A program made the position numbers and the translations under genes. Shown in pieces: positions 12,589 to 30,592 of a DNA stretch of 64,000 bases (its first letter is position 1; the number at the start of each line of letters is the position of its first letter). Origin of the DNA: Octopus vulgaris. Lineage: Eukaryota. The notes under the pieces were generated by a model that had not been told where the DNA came from, did no database searches, and worked only from the letters and a program-made list of their open reading frames with translations. The stretch lies in contig OX597820.1 in assembly GCA_951406725.2 (NCBI GenBank), forward strand, positions 32,178,001-32,242,000, given 5' to 3'.

Positions 12589-13169
12589 AAGAAAACTGGA
12601 AATATGTATCATAAAGGATACATAGATGCTAGGGAAAAATCTCCTATGTATCGCATATGATACACATGACAAGCAACGGATTAAGAAACATTGTGTCTAA
12701 TACTGCATTATCCCATATTAGCTTTATCAGCTCTAGTTGATTGACAAAATCGCGAACGCATCGGATGAAACGTTTAGCGGCATTTCTTCCGGACCTTTAC
12801 GTTTTGAGTTCAAATCCCGCTGAAGTCAATTTTGCTTGAAAGGACACCTTAAAAATTGACGGGGACGGCAAACAGAGTGACTTGAAAAACAGTAAGGATA
12901 CAACTGGGGAGGAGGAGAAAAGACAGCCCATTGTTGAGAAGAGTGGAGAAAGGTAGTCGATGGTTTATGCTTCATAGGGAGAGAAGGGCTTAATTAAGCA
13001 ATGGCTCGTGTCATTAAGACATTCTCACTTACGAGTGACGACCATGATTGTACTTCGTTGTAATGAATATGTGTGGCGTGCACACACACACACACATATA
13101 TATATACACATATATACACACAGCTACTCCTGCGCCTATCATATATATATATGTATTTATATATATATA

Positions 13170-13289
13170 CAACGGGCTTATTCTATCGGTCTCTCTTGTC
13201 GAACTGCTAAGTGACGGGGACGTGAACACACCAGCATCGGTTGCCAAGCGATATTGTGAGGACAAACACAAACACACAAACATATACAT

Positions 13290-13370
<81 letters not shown>

Positions 13371-13404
13371 CGACGGGCTTCATTCAGTTTCCGTCTATCA
13401 AATC
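13170..13404 (-). mobile_element. SINE family A internal fragment
   Basis: cttattctatcggtctc..gctaagtgacggggacg..ttccgtctatcaaatc; a further head fragment lies at 14820-14960 (-). Confidence 0.85.
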
Positions 13405-13705
13405 TGTGTGTATGTGGTTCGTTTTTCTTCTTTTACATGTATACCGCCCCCACCTTACTTCCTATCAATGTCTTGTTTTTGGCGGGATGCTAGGTTGAGG
13501 AGGTCATTTTGACCAAATTTCTGAAATAGTAATCAATAAATCTGTACCGAGTGGCACTAGTTTCCGGCGGTTACACACGGCACATTTATGCATGCACACG
13601 CACGCGTACACACACACACACACACACCGACTCTTTCTCTTTCTCACGCACACACACGTACTGACGTATAAACGCTAAATCACCTAATTACGCACACACG
13701 GACGT

Positions 13706-13743
<38 letters not shown>

Positions 13744-16059
13744 GTTCAATGGGACACATACAGAAAGATACATATACACATATACATCTGCTCACACACG
13801 CACACACATGCACAAAAGCACAAACACACTCACACACACACACGCACACGCACACATACACACACATGCGCACGCACACACATATATATTATACGTGTGT
13901 ATATGTGTATCTGTAGCTGTATGTGCGCTTTATATGCCTGTGTCTGCATGAATTCGTGCGCGCGAGCGTGTGTGCATGTGTTTATGTGTGTATGTATATT
14001 TCTGTATGCATCTCTATCAACACTTAAGTGTGTGTGTATGTGTGTGTATGTGTGTGTGTGTGTGTGTGTGTATGTGCGTGTGGGTGTGCTTAATTAGTTG
14101 ATTTAGCATTTATGCGTCTGCATGTGTGTGTGCGTGACAAAGAGAAAGAGTGCGAGTGTTTGTTAGTGTATGTGTGTATGTATGTATGTGTATAGGCGTT
14201 AGAGTGTGTGTATGAGTGTATGTGTGTGTGTATGTAGGCATTAGAATGTGTGTATGCGTATATATGTGTGTGTGTGTGTGTGAATATGTGCATATGCATT
14301 TATGCATATCTCTTGTTGTGTTCATGAGAACGTATCGCATGTACGAGTGTGAATATATATATATATATATATATAACACAGATACACAAACATATACATG
14401 CACACACACACACACACACACACACACGTATATATTTATATATATACGAATCTTACAGTGGTCTGGATCAACCGAATCTTAGTCAGTCAGTTGATGGGCT
14501 CCACTACCTCAAATGTTCTTAAAATTTAAATCCACATCTTTGTTTATATATCTACTTTCTCTATAATGTTGCCACTTGATGTGAAAATTTTTGTATTAAT
14601 GGAAAGCCTCTATAGTTGGCTGATGAGTACTCAGCATTTTGAAACTGTTGTAATACTTGCAACATTTAATAAAATGATGTAGTACGAAACGATCGTACCA
14701 AATTACCGGAGTCATTCTTGTTGCTTATTTTGATTATACACAAAGACATGCACATGCGCTGCGTACACGAACACAAACGAGCACGCACACGCACGCATAT
14801 GCACGCATACGCACACAGACACATACGACGGACTTCTTTCAGTTTCCGTCTACGAAATCCACTCACTATAGTTGAAGAAACTTGTTCATGGTGCCACACA
14901 GTAGGTTGAACTCGGAACCTTGTGGTCGGAACGCAAGTTTCTTACCACACAGCCACACCTGGAACTATCAAGACGTCTTCATTTTCTTTCTGAATTGATT
15001 TATTTCTTGGGTCATCGGTAAACGGCTTGATGTGTTTTTCATAAACAACAACAGCGTGAACACTAAGAGCGATAATCGCCGGGGCGCCATTTTGCGATTC
15101 TACCAGGGTTGACCTGACCTAGGGCTAATCAACAATAGCAACAGCAACATCAACAACAACAACAACAACAACAGCAACAACAACAATTTATGTAACTCAA
15201 CGTCTCTTTTATAAATACATTCTTTGTCTTTATATATAGAAAAAAAAACAACAACTTTATTTATCAAAGATACTAAGTTCATTGTGATAATGACAATATA
15301 ATTTGATAATGACAATGTTATTTGTGCTGCTGCTGCTGCTTCTGTCGTTATTGCTGTTATTGTTGTTGTTGTTGTTACTATTGTGATAGTGGTCGTCGTC
15401 GCCGTTATCAGTGTTGTTTGTTGTCTTCCTCTTTCTTTGTCTCTGGGACATTTTTTTTCCTTCTTCTCTCAATTACGATACCATTCAATTGTAAGATTTG
15501 TTTCACGTTAGTCTCTTTCATCTCTGCGCTCTATCGATCCATTACGTTACCAATTCAAAATTCTTTTATTCTATTATTCTATCATTTTATTATTCCATTA
15601 ATCTTTTACAAGTTTTAGTCTTTGGAACGTGGCCATACGAGATGCATCGCCTCCAACTTCAAGGGTTAACAGTCGATTATATCGACCGCCCTGCATCCCG
15701 ACATATTAATCATTGTTATATTTCTTCCATTGGTGGGAGACAGATGGTTAAGTCCATTTTGGCGCAAAGGAACATCACTCGGTCTGTTATATCGTCGATG
15801 TAATTTTAGTATATTTTTATTTTATTTATCGAGATTTTTTTCTTTTTATATATAATTGAATGTGTTCTTTGTAGTATGTTTGGAACATTACAATTAATTC
15901 CAAAATCAATCCTCGACGTTTTTAGACGTTCACGGTCCCATCTTCAGTATGAAGTGATATTGGAGTGTGTTGCGGCCTTTTTCGAATACAGAGGGCAGCT
16001 AAACGTGATTACCGTAAATTCTAGATTTATTGCTAGATTTATTGTCATGTTCTCTTCTA

Positions 16060-16272
16060 CCGTAAGGTCATGAGTTCAATTCCCGGCGACGCGTTGTGTC
16101 CTGGAGCAAGACACTTTATTTCACGTTGCTCCAGTCCACTCGGCTGGCAAAAATGAGTCGTACCTGTATTTCAAAGGGACCGGCCTTGTCACACTCTGTG
16201 TCACGCTGAATATCTCTGAGAACTATGTTGAGGGTACACGTGACTGTGGAGTGCTCAACCACTTGCACGTCG

Positions 16273-16338
<66 letters not shown>

Positions 16339-16545
16339 TGTGTCTATGTTTGTTCCCCAACATCGCTTGACAAGCGATGTTAGTTTGTTTACGCCCCCGT
16401 CACTTAGCAGTTCGGCAAAAGAGAGACCGATAGAATAAGTACTAGGCCTACAAAGAATAAGTCCTGGGGTAGATTTCTTCGACTAAAGGCGGTGCTCCAG
16501 CATGGCCACAGTCAAATGACTGAAACAAGTAAAAGAGAGTAAAAG
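16060..16545 (+). mobile_element. Composite: SINE with family C-like 5' part and family D-like 3' part (16060-16270) joined to the 3' half of family A (16270-16545)
   Basis: Segmental similarity to 35881-35945, 35285-35362 and 58408-58663. Confidence 0.8.
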
Positions 16546-16744
16546 AGAGAGAGAGAAAAAAGACACAGAGAGAGAGAGAGAGAGAGAGAAAAGAGAGAGA
16601 GAGAGAAAAGAGAGAGAGAGAGAGAGAGAGTCGTACTCTTTTGATCATTACCTGGTATTCATGACCATTGAAAAATCAAGATTGGTTTTTGTCTTATCAA
16701 CCGTCCACGTTTGAGGATCGAATGCTGGACCTTGTGCATTACTC

Positions 16745-16978
16745 TGCGGGAGCCTGCCACTGGGTACACTTTGAATCGGAAGCATCCAAAATTAATCTAG
16801 TGGAACTCCACTTCATGGTGACGTAAGAAGAGGAAAGCGTCGTCGCACTTACATCAACAACTTGATTGCAGACACTGGTCCGGAATGTACCCAGGACTTC
16901 AAGACCGTGATAGTAGATCGTGGGGCGTGGCGGATGAACTTTGTTTCTGCGGCCCGGGTTGGAACCCGGCCATAATAA
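16745..16978 (+). mobile_element. 3' end of an RTE-clade LINE ORF (decayed)
   Basis: HWVHFESEASK..W.PLHGDVRRGKRRRTYINNLIADTGPECTQDFKTVIVDRGAWRMNFVSAARVGTRP* followed by TAATAA; matches the RTE C-terminal pattern RGRPxxTY..DTG..DRxxWR. Confidence 0.75.
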
Positions 16979-17424
16979 AAACAAAACCTTGCAATTGTTG
17001 ATAGCTGCTGATAAAATTCTTAATTTGGGCCCCGGTTAAAATGAGAGCAGGATCCCCGTAGACACGCATTTCTGACTTTACTCTTCTGAAGATGGGCCTT
17101 TGTGCTTAAAGTATCTAAAAGCTTTTCCTCTTACTTTTTTGCATTGTTAGAAACTTTCCTCATTTCCCTTTTCGTTCATTATTCGACTTCTTAAATTTAA
17201 GTATCCTTATATTGTTATAAGTGTTATAATTATAATACACTATGTGTTCTGTCTGATACAGGTTTTGACGATGTGTTTGTTCATCTGTTCTGTAGTTAGT
17301 AAATACTTAGCTTATATAATACACATCATGTGTGTTCTGTCTACTTAATATATTTGTTGTGTTACATTTATGATTGTATTTCTCTATGGCTTTGTCTATT
17401 TTAAAAATTTTATTTCTTTGTGGC

Positions 17425-17844
17425 TTTACTCATTTATTCTTTTACTTGTTTCAGTCATTTGACTGTGGCCATGCTGGAGCACCGCTTTTAGTCGCGCAAA
17501 TCGACCCCAGGACTTATTCTTTGTAAGCCTAGTACTTATTCTATCGCTCTCTTTTACCGAACCGCTAAGTTACGGTGACGTAAACACACCAGCATCGGTT
17601 GTCAAGCGATGTTGGGGGGGGGGGAGGACAAACACAGACACACAAACATATACACGCACATACATATATACACATATATACGACGGTCTTCTTTCAGTTT
17701 CCGTCTACCAAATCCACTCACAAGGCTTTGGTCGGCCCGAGGCTATAGTAGAAGACACTTACCCAAGGTGCCACGCAATGGGACTGAACTCGGAACCATG
17801 TGGTTCGCAAGCTAGCTACTTACCCCACAGCCACTCCTGCACCT
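17425..17844 (-). mobile_element. SINE family A, full length
   Basis: Reverse complement of the 58248-58663 copy. Confidence 0.93.
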
Positions 17845-17987
17845 GTCGTCTATTTTTATTTTGTCGACTCCCTTGGCTGAGAAGCAAACTCGACCTCAGC
17901 AGCATTTAAACCGGAAGAAAGCTGTTAAGCATTTTGTCCGGCACACCACTTTGATTAACAACAACAGCAACAACAACAACAATAATG

Positions 17988-18044
<57 letters not shown>

Positions 18045-18219
18045 TCCATCCATGAATTTATTTATTTATTAATTCTTAAATACATATTTTATCTGTGAAT
18101 TTGCGCGTGTAATCTGGGAATGCATACAATGCCCTTCTCTGCCCTAGGTGTATGGAAAACACTCGGCGAGAAACGGAAGAAAATTTGAAGAAAGAAGGAA
18201 AAAACATAATAATAATAAT

Positions 18220-18581
18220 CCTTTCTCCTATATGTATAAGACCTGAAATTTAGGGAGGCGGATAGTCGATTACATCGACTCCAAAAGGATGAAAGGCAAA
18301 GTCGACGTCGGCGGAACTTGAACTTAGAATGTAGTGACGGGCGAAATACCTATTTCTTTATTACCCACAAGGGGCTAAACACAGAGGGGACAAACAAGGA
18401 CAGACATAGGTATTAAGTCGATTACATCGACCCCAGTGCGTAACTGGTACTTAATTTATCGACCCCGAAAGGATGAAAGGCAAAGTCGACCTCGGCGGAA
18501 TTTGAACTCAGAACGTAGCGGCAGACGAAATACCGCTAAGCATTTCACCCGACATGCTAACGTTTCTGCCAGCTCGCCGCC
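18220..18581 (-). mobile_element. SINE family B monomer plus partial second unit
   Basis: Head ends GCTCGCCGCC at 18581; junction gaaatacctatttcttt at about 18343-18359. Confidence 0.9.
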
Positions 18582-19429
18582 TGAATAATAATAATGATGA
18601 TGATGATGACGATTACTTTCGTTTTCCCCTAGGTTGTCGATACCAAAGCAGTAGGCAAATCACTCATCAAAGTTGAGTAACGTCAAATCAGAACTGTAAA
18701 AACGGAGTGGTCGTTTGGGAAACGTCCAGATGCTGTCGCTCGATATACTGTAATACTCGGGTGGAAATACAGAGGAAATCAGATATCCAGTTCAATATTC
18801 ACCTCCTGGAAACTTGGGTACCTTTAGTGTTACAAACATTTCGGGTCAGGGCTCAGGTTCAAGAGTAACACCACATCCCTTTCCCTCCTCTCCCTCCTTT
18901 CTTCCCTTCATATTTTCGTCTGCCTTCATCCATATCTTCTACAAATCTCACATCTACTTTAAAGGATCATGGGTACTCCCTAAGCTTCAGATTAAAAAGC
19001 AAAGATACGGGGGAAAAAATCCGTTGTTGTTTTCAACTAAGGAAATTTACGTTCTGAGTTCGATTCCAACCGGGAGTCGGTAATGGAGAAGAATATAAGT
19101 ACAAATTAAGTAGCGAATGATCGCTATATTCCAGGGGTTCCCCCCTTCTTCAAATTCATGGTTTTATACACATGTAAGAAATCAATATCATATCAGGTTG
19201 AATATCCTTTCCACCGTTCTTAAATCGATAAAATACCTGTCAAGTGATACGATAAGGGTAGTCAATTAATCCACTTTTCCAAAATATGTACCCTTTTACC
19301 TGGTAGGATTCAAGGTTGTTGATGTTATATTTGTTGTTGTTGTTATTATTATTGTTATTAATATTATTACTATTATTACTGCTTTTGTGGTTAATAGTGT
19401 TATTGTGGTTGCTGTAACCAATTAAGTGC

Positions 19430-23165
<3,736 letters not shown>

Positions 23166-23545
23166 TAAGAGAACGATAAGGTGCATAAAAAATAAATTGT
23201 CTATATTAAATAAAATACCCTAATACATGTGCTATATATTTTAATGTATACTTTAATATACATGTTCAGTTTATTTTTATATTTCTTATCACTCAAATTA
23301 CTTTGATGCAACAATAATATATTGTAGCTTTGAATCCTTTTTTGACTTAAGTCTATTAAGTACGAATTTATGGAGCACTATGAGAAAACTTGGCACGAAA
23401 ATATTCCCACTACAATAGTGGTTTTGTTTTGCTAATATATGACATTTATCTATATATTTATTATATATTTATTACATCTGTCAATATTCTATACGTTAAT
23501 CTGTGCAGCTTCCAATATAAATATATATTTAAGTATCTGCAGAAA

Positions 23546-23634
<89 letters not shown>

Positions 23635-23649
23635 GTCTGTCTGTCTGCC

Positions 23650-23680
<31 letters not shown>

Positions 23681-23715
23681 GTATTTGTGTGTGTGTGTTT
23701 GTGTGTGTATTTGTG

Positions 23716-25486
23716 TCTTAATACACCAATATCCCACACGATTATGGTATAGAAGCGATCACCTTCTGGCTAGAAAAATACCCAGAAGAGATCCCAGGAC
23801 GCATTAACCACAGATTCATAATCGCAGCACTCAACTTCATCCTACTGAACAACTATTTCATGTTCGATACAGTTTACTATCGACAAAAATGTGGAATTGC
23901 AATGGAAACCTGAGCTGTTCCAGTGATTGCAAACCTTGTAATGGGTTACCTAGAACTTAAGTTATCTCAATCATCACTAGAAAAATATGGCGCCTCATTT
24001 CATTGCTATTTAAAGGAGAACTGGAAGAGGTATTTCGATGATTGCTTCATACTTTGGAAAGACAGCATGGACAAACTCCTCGATTTCAAAATAATGCTTA
24101 ACAGCATTAATAGCAACATACAATTCACCATAGTACGCAACAGTAAACAACTCCATTTCTTGACATCCTAATTAAAATAGTTAACAACCACATCGAAACA
24201 GACATCTCTTATAAACCCACAGATTCTAAACAATACCTATTATTTAACTCATGCCACCCCAAACACATAAACATTAATATACTTTTTAATCTAGCAAAAA
24301 TAATCTGTACCATAGTTTCGGATACCTATACTCGTGAACAAAGACTCCTTGAACTTAGATCAACACTAATTAAAAGACATTACCCAATATCATTAATAAA
24401 TGATTGCATTAAACGAGCTATGGAAATAGATATACGAACATTAAGGGAAGCCAGCGAAATACTAAAATAAACTTTAAAATACTTCAGTACATTTCCACAC
24501 ATAACCCTAGAAACAACGAAGCCTTCAACATTATCACCCAAAAACTTCCCATCCTCACAGGAGATAAAACAATGAACAAAAATTTAAGCTCATACAAAAT
24601 TATCAAAAGCAAAATGCAACCGAAATCACCAAAAAAAATATTAACCAGCGCAAGACTATATCCATTAACAACAGAGCCAAAAGTGAAAAAATGTGGTCGA
24701 CCTAACTGTGGAACATGCCACCACCTTTTGGAGGGTTCAGAATTCCACTTTAAACAAGGTGAAATATTTAAGAACAAATCAAATTTCACCTGTGCCTCGG
24801 AAAATCTAATCTATGCCATAACATGCTTAGGATGTGGTAACAACTATATTGGCCAAACAGAAATATCACTCCGTCGAAGAACCACTACCCACAAAGAACA
24901 AATCCGCCACCCACAATACAGACAGTTACAGGTTAGTGAACACATAGAAAGGTGTGCTGGAATCTTAATCCTAATTTCCAAATTTTCCTCTTCTATCAAT
25001 GTTCACAGAACAAAGAATGAATAAAGGGGCAACTTTCATCAATAAATATCTTCCCCAACTAAATATGAACACATAACATAATACAGAACACTACTAACCT
25101 TTCAATTAATAACACTGACCCCCATACATCCCTTACACCATTCACATTACAATTCTATATCTAACCTAATTGCACCAAATCCAGAACTACTTACCTCCCT
25201 TACAAATAATCTTTTTTCTCGGGAACTATTAGACCTGACACCGTTCATTAATCGGTGTGCATTCAAAGCAATGATTAGTAGTATTCAAAGCAATTATTAG
25301 TAGTATTCAAAGCAATAATTAGTAACTTACGAAACCGGTATGCTTGAATCTCATTAATAATTTCAAAATAATGACTTTTATTAATTTTATTCCTACCTCA
25401 GTTCATCTAATTGTATTTATCTTTCGTTACTTTTCATAAAAAGCCTTTACTTTTTTGATTTACAATGTGCATTTTCGTTTATTTTT

Positions 25487-25489
<3 letters not shown>
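23716..25489 (+). mobile_element. 5'-truncated, decayed Penelope-like retroelement (reverse transcriptase + GIY-YIG endonuclease) with 3' region
   Basis: YTNIPH, NNYFMF, GIAMET*AVP.IANLVM, WKRYFDDCF (24031-24042), FLD, YKPTD..YL.F.SCHP, Cys motif CGRPNCGTC, LIYAITCLGCGNNYIGQT. Stop at 23911 and several frameshifts; coding part ends at about 25076. Confidence 0.95.
25305..25349 (+). ncRNA. Degenerate minimal hammerhead ribozyme in the 3' region of the Penelope-like element
   Basis: attcaaagca [ataatta, decayed CUGAUGA] gta-act-tac GAAA ccgg TA tgcttgaat: stems I and II and palindromic stem III ACCGGT retained, 5' core mutated. Confidence 0.55.
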
Positions 25490-25543
<54 letters not shown>

Positions 25544-25545
25544 TA

Positions 25546-26050
25546 AGAGTTGGACAAAATAATGGAAATACCCCCAGTTCTCCAGCTATTGTAGTGATGA
25601 AGGTGGAGGATATCGCTCCTTATTTGTCTTTCGAAAATGCACTATAAATGTTCAATAATATTGAGATCTGGGGGCTAGAATGTTCCTCGTACCATTCAGT
25701 CCTCCCGTGAAATCCGGCTTTGTGCAGTTCCCGGTAAATAGTTTTTGTGGAAACTGGATTCTCGAGGTGGTCATTAATCTCTGCAGTAACTTTGGGAGCT
25801 GAACTTTTGTGATCCTTTCTAACAATTCGCGTAAGAGTTCGCTAGTCCTTATCTGAAAGTTTTGGTTTTCTTCCGGAGTTTTGTTTCGACGAGGAGGTTT
25901 TCCCACTTTCTCAAAGGCTGTCATTACTTTTGAGACAGTACTTCTTGATACACCAGATATTTAATCTGTTTTCGTTACGCTAGCACCTGCCGTACAAACA
26001 CCAACAATTTGACTACTTTGAAAGTACAATAGATCTGTTATTTTAATGAA
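25546..26050 (-). mobile_element. Internally deleted Tc1-family DNA transposon
   Basis: Minus strand: QIVGVCTAGASVTKT..GVSRSTVSKVM..NSGRKPKLS..RIVRKDHK..VSTKTIYRELHKAGFHGR (paired HTH) fused to PDLNIIEHL; TIR-like end agagttggacaaaataatggaaatacc next to TA. Confidence 0.85.
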
Positions 26051-26167
26051 TTTTAATTACCTTTTTCTGGTGATACGCATGTACACGTATTCATACGCAC
26101 ATACATGTACACACATACATACATACATACACACATACATACATACATACATACATACATACATACA

Positions 26168-26298
26168 TTATAGCTGCCCCCTCGTTATTGAGTATGGCCA
26201 TTGCACGACGCTTAACTGTTACTGGTGCTGTGATCGAATGTGACTTTTTAGCCCAGCTAAAGATCTACAATGTCTTGTACAGAATTGGCAACTAAAGC
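26168..26298 (-). mobile_element. Extreme 3' end of an RTE-type LINE (C2H2 finger + short UTR) inside a (TACA)n array
   Basis: FSCQFCTRHCRSLAGLKSHIRSQH* followed by about 50 nt and a (TATG)n tail. Confidence 0.65.
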
Positions 26299-26879
26299 AT
26301 ACATACATACATACATACATACATACATACATACATACATACATACATACATACATACATACATACATACATACGTACACATATATCATAACCGTTACTT
26401 TCTCAGATGCAGCACGGAATGTTGTCAGTGAACAGGTCGCTGTCTCAAAGCGACGAAAATATTTTGACAAATTAAATCTAAATGTTAAAGTGAATCTAAC
26501 GGTTTATGTATGGCTTATAAACACCTTGTACGCTGCAATTATTTTCGTTCTAGCACACGATCTCAGATCAGGTAATTTGCTATGCAAGTGCATCTCCGTA
26601 ATATATATATATATAAATCTTTAAAACTGATTGACCGCTAGCTCCAAAAGCTTTTTATTCTCTCTTTCTTTATTTTCTCGTGTTCCTTTCTGTTGAAGAG
26701 CGTATATATTACATGCGTAATACAAAGACACCCTGCAGACTTCGGTAGTCAATAAAATTTAAATAAAATCAAAAAATTTATCCTGTCTGTGCGGCCCCGT
26801 GGTTGGGGACTCTGGTGCACAAAGTTGTAGCAAAATAATTGAACAACAATAGAAACACACAATCGCGTTTCTAACACAA

Positions 26880-27296
26880 GGCGGGGAGCTGGCAGAAACG
26901 TTAGCACGCCGGGCGAAATGCGTAGCCGTATTTCGTCTGCCGTTACGTTCTGAGTTCAAATTCCGCCGAGGTCGACTTTGCCTTTCATCCTTTCGGAGTC
27001 GATTAAATAAGTACCAGTTACGCACTGGGGTCGATGTAATCGACTTAATCCGTTTGTCTGTCCTTGTTTGTCCCCTCTGTGTTTAGCACCTTGTGGGTAG
27101 TAAAGAAATAGGTATTTCGTCTGCCGTTACGTTCTGAGTTCAAATTCCGCCGAGGTCGGCTTTGCCTTTCATCCTTTCGGGGTCGATAAATTAAGTACCA
27201 GTTACGCACTGGGGTCGATGTAATCGACTTAATCCTTTCATCTGTCCTTGTTTGACCCCTCTATGTTTAACTCCTTGTGGACAGTAAAGAAATAAG
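26880..27296 (+). mobile_element. SINE family B dimer
   Basis: Two near-identical units joined at aaagaaataggtatttcg; agaaacacacaa(t/g)cgcg repeated at 26851 and 27295. Confidence 0.93.
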
Positions 27297-28619
27297 AAAC
27301 ACACAAGCGCGCACACGCATGCGCTTGCGCGCACACGCATGCGCTTGCGCACACACATACAAATTTCGGCTGTATTACCACCTAGATGAGAGATAAGTCG
27401 GCCGCTGTACAACAACAAAATCTGTTTTCTTCAGTCATCCAACAATAACGATTGCAGTTATAGTTACATAAAGTGAAACTTGTACGTTGTTAACAAAGAT
27501 CGTTTTGAAAGAGAGAACAAGTGGAAAACAGACAGAAAGGTGGCTATTGTTGTTGATGACGCAGCATTTTGTTGAAAGAAAGGGTTCTTCTTAAAACGCC
27601 ACGTGGCAAGTAAGAGCACGCAAAGCAGTAACCAACGCAGCAATTTACAAAAATGAATGGAACAGCTTTCCTAACAAGAACATATTCTTACATTTTATAA
27701 TAGCCTTTGCTTTGAATAGTACATTGTTTGGGTTTGCTTGCGTTTTGTATAATTTTAAACTTCTAGTGCAACATTACTAAGCAATATGGCTCAATCCAAA
27801 GCATTGATATTCTCGTCGTGATCGTCTGGTATTTTAGGAGTATGCAGGGGTAAAAATATCCAACGCATCTTTCACCATTTTGGAACAGCATGTTGTGATT
27901 CCAAAGTGATTTTGCTGTTATTGATAGCATAAGAAGCGACAGGTTTATGACACTCTGCTCTACATTCAATTCAATCTCTTATTTAAGTGGCTAAATAGAA
28001 AGACAGTGGGGGTAACGTGTGTGTGTGTGTGTGCATGTTAGTGTGTTTCCTCTTTAATAAGATAGTCCTGGATTCTTTTTCTCTGAAGACGAAGTAGTTG
28101 GATTTGTATGGAAAGCTTCGTTCGCTGAGATACGCGCAATAAGCGCAGCTATCCTAGAAACAACTGTAAAGGAGACTTTATGCACAACTTCTTGCACCCT
28201 TACTTATATGATACCTTTTACTCCAACAACTTGTTTGTAACAATTCTACAAATATGTTTGAATTAAAAATTCCATTCTCGAAAGTCATACATGTTTTGCC
28301 TGTTCATTCTCTCTTTCTTCTGTGTGTGTGTGTGTGTGTGTGTATTCACGTGTTTGTGTGTATATATTTGTATATGTGTGCGAGCGCTCGCGTGTGTGTA
28401 TTTACATATGTATGTATATATATATAAATATAGATAGCTGCATACACGCGTACATATTTGAACGCAGTGTGTATATGCGTTTATGTACGTCTGTCTATTT
28501 ATAAACATAAAAACACTACCACCACCACCACTACCTCCTCACACCACCTCGCCACCAAAATGAAGAAACTTCTAAAAGAAAAGTGGTTGCTAGAAATAAC
28601 AGCAACATTCATCTATAAT

Positions 28620-29012
28620 GTGTGGTAAGTAGCTTACTTACCAACCACATGATTCCGAGTTCAGTCCCACTGCGTGGCTGCTTGGGCAAGTGTCTTCGAC
28701 TATAGCCTCGGGCCAACCAAAGCCTTGTGAGTTGATTTGGTAGACGGAAACTGAAAGAAGCCCGTCGTATATATGTATATATGTATATGTATGTGTGTAT
28801 GTTGTGTGTCTGTGTTTGTCCCCCTCAACATCGTTTGACAACCGATGCTAGTTTGTTTACGTCCCCGTAACTTAGCGGTTCAGCAAAAGAGACCGATAGA
28901 ATAAGTACTAGGCTTATAAAGAATAAGTCCTGGAGTCGATTTGCTCGACTAAAGCCGTTGCTCCAGCATGGCCGCAGTCAAATTATTGAAACAAGTAAAA
29001 GAGTAAAGAGTA
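28620..29012 (+). mobile_element. SINE family A, near full length
   Basis: Colinear with 58248-58663. Confidence 0.93.
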
Positions 29013-29687
29013 ATAATCACACCCTAGGGTTTTAACAAGAAAGGGAATGTCATATATTTGATGTCGTTGTCCAACATGCACCATGACCAGAAGAAAATAA
29101 ACGTAAAAAGAAATACCAGTCCAACAATATAACAAAAATCCACAAAAGAAAATAAGACAAGAAAGAGACCTCAAAACATCTAATAGTCAAGGATGGAATG
29201 CCTTTGATTGGAAATATGCTGAATCAGGCCAGACATGGCTCAACACAACAACAACAACAATAACAACAACAAAAACAACAACAGCTAGAATAGTGGCAGC
29301 AACGACGACAAGAGGTCGAACAACAGCATTGCTTACGCTGGCCCCCACCGTGAACAATGGTGACTGTTTAGCATCGCTGCACCGCGCCAGCGTTTTAACT
29401 TTTACGCCAGAGTGTTACAGTTACCGCCATATTGGTATGTGTGTTTGTATGTTAGCATGGCTCTCTGCCTGCGTACGTATGTGTGTGTGAGTTGTGTGTG
29501 TGCGTGTGAAGACATATTTCTGTGTTTATGTATAGATCACATATTTATGTATGTATGCATGTATGTATATATATATATATATGTGTGTGTGTATATATAC
29601 ATACATATACATGTATATATGCATATATATATACCTATATATATATATATTTGCATATATATATATACCTATATATACATGTATATA

Positions 29688-29730
<43 letters not shown>

Positions 29731-29900
29731 CTATACATAGATGTATATATGTGTCTGCGTGTATATGTTTATGCCAATATATTGTTTTATTGTTTAATTC
29801 TTTTAATTTTTATAAGTTTTAGCCCTACGGCTGTAGCCATGCTGGGGTACCGATATATACATATATGTGTATATATGTATATATTTATGTGTGTGTGTAG

Positions 29901-29933
<33 letters not shown>

Positions 29934-30522
29934 TGTGTGTATGTGTGTGTGTGTATTTATGTATGTGTAAATGAGTGGAAGAGCGTGTGTGTGTTTATAA
30001 GTTTTTGGGTCACTGTGTATGTGTGTGCGAGTTTGTATATAATTGTGCGTGTGATTTTGTTTGCGAATGTATATATCCATAGCAGTAAACACATAGTACC
30101 CCCCACACGCTCATATATATATATATAAATATATATATATATACACACACACACATACACACACACACACACTCATGCGTATGTATAAAGGGAATATGCT
30201 TGCACCTATGTACATGCTCACATACACATACGTTTTACGCAGATGTGCATGTATGTATGTATTTACACACACATATATAAATATATATGTTCAAGCATAA
30301 CATACATACCTACATATATACGCACACATATATATCTATACACGTACACATACGCACACATGCATGTGTGGGTGTTTGTGTATGTGTACATGATGTATGT
30401 GCTAGTGCACACGCGCGCGTACACACGCGCACACACACACACACGCACTCATGCACGTCCACATACACGCGCATATTTGTGTATAACTCTTTGTGTGTAT
30501 AACTCTGTGTGTGAGTGTGTGC

Positions 30523-30592
<70 letters not shown>

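Noticed and set aside
16652-16984. Minus-strand ORF or exon ending at CCAG|GTAATG
   Set aside because: Most of it is the antisense of an RTE 3' fragment, and there is no convincing acceptor.
28075-28180. CTGAAGA...GAAAC hammerhead-like spacing (also at about 6970-7015, 14615-14655 and 34760-34800)
   Set aside because: Stems I and II do not pair convincingly or the cleavage triplet is wrong; at most heavily decayed relics.
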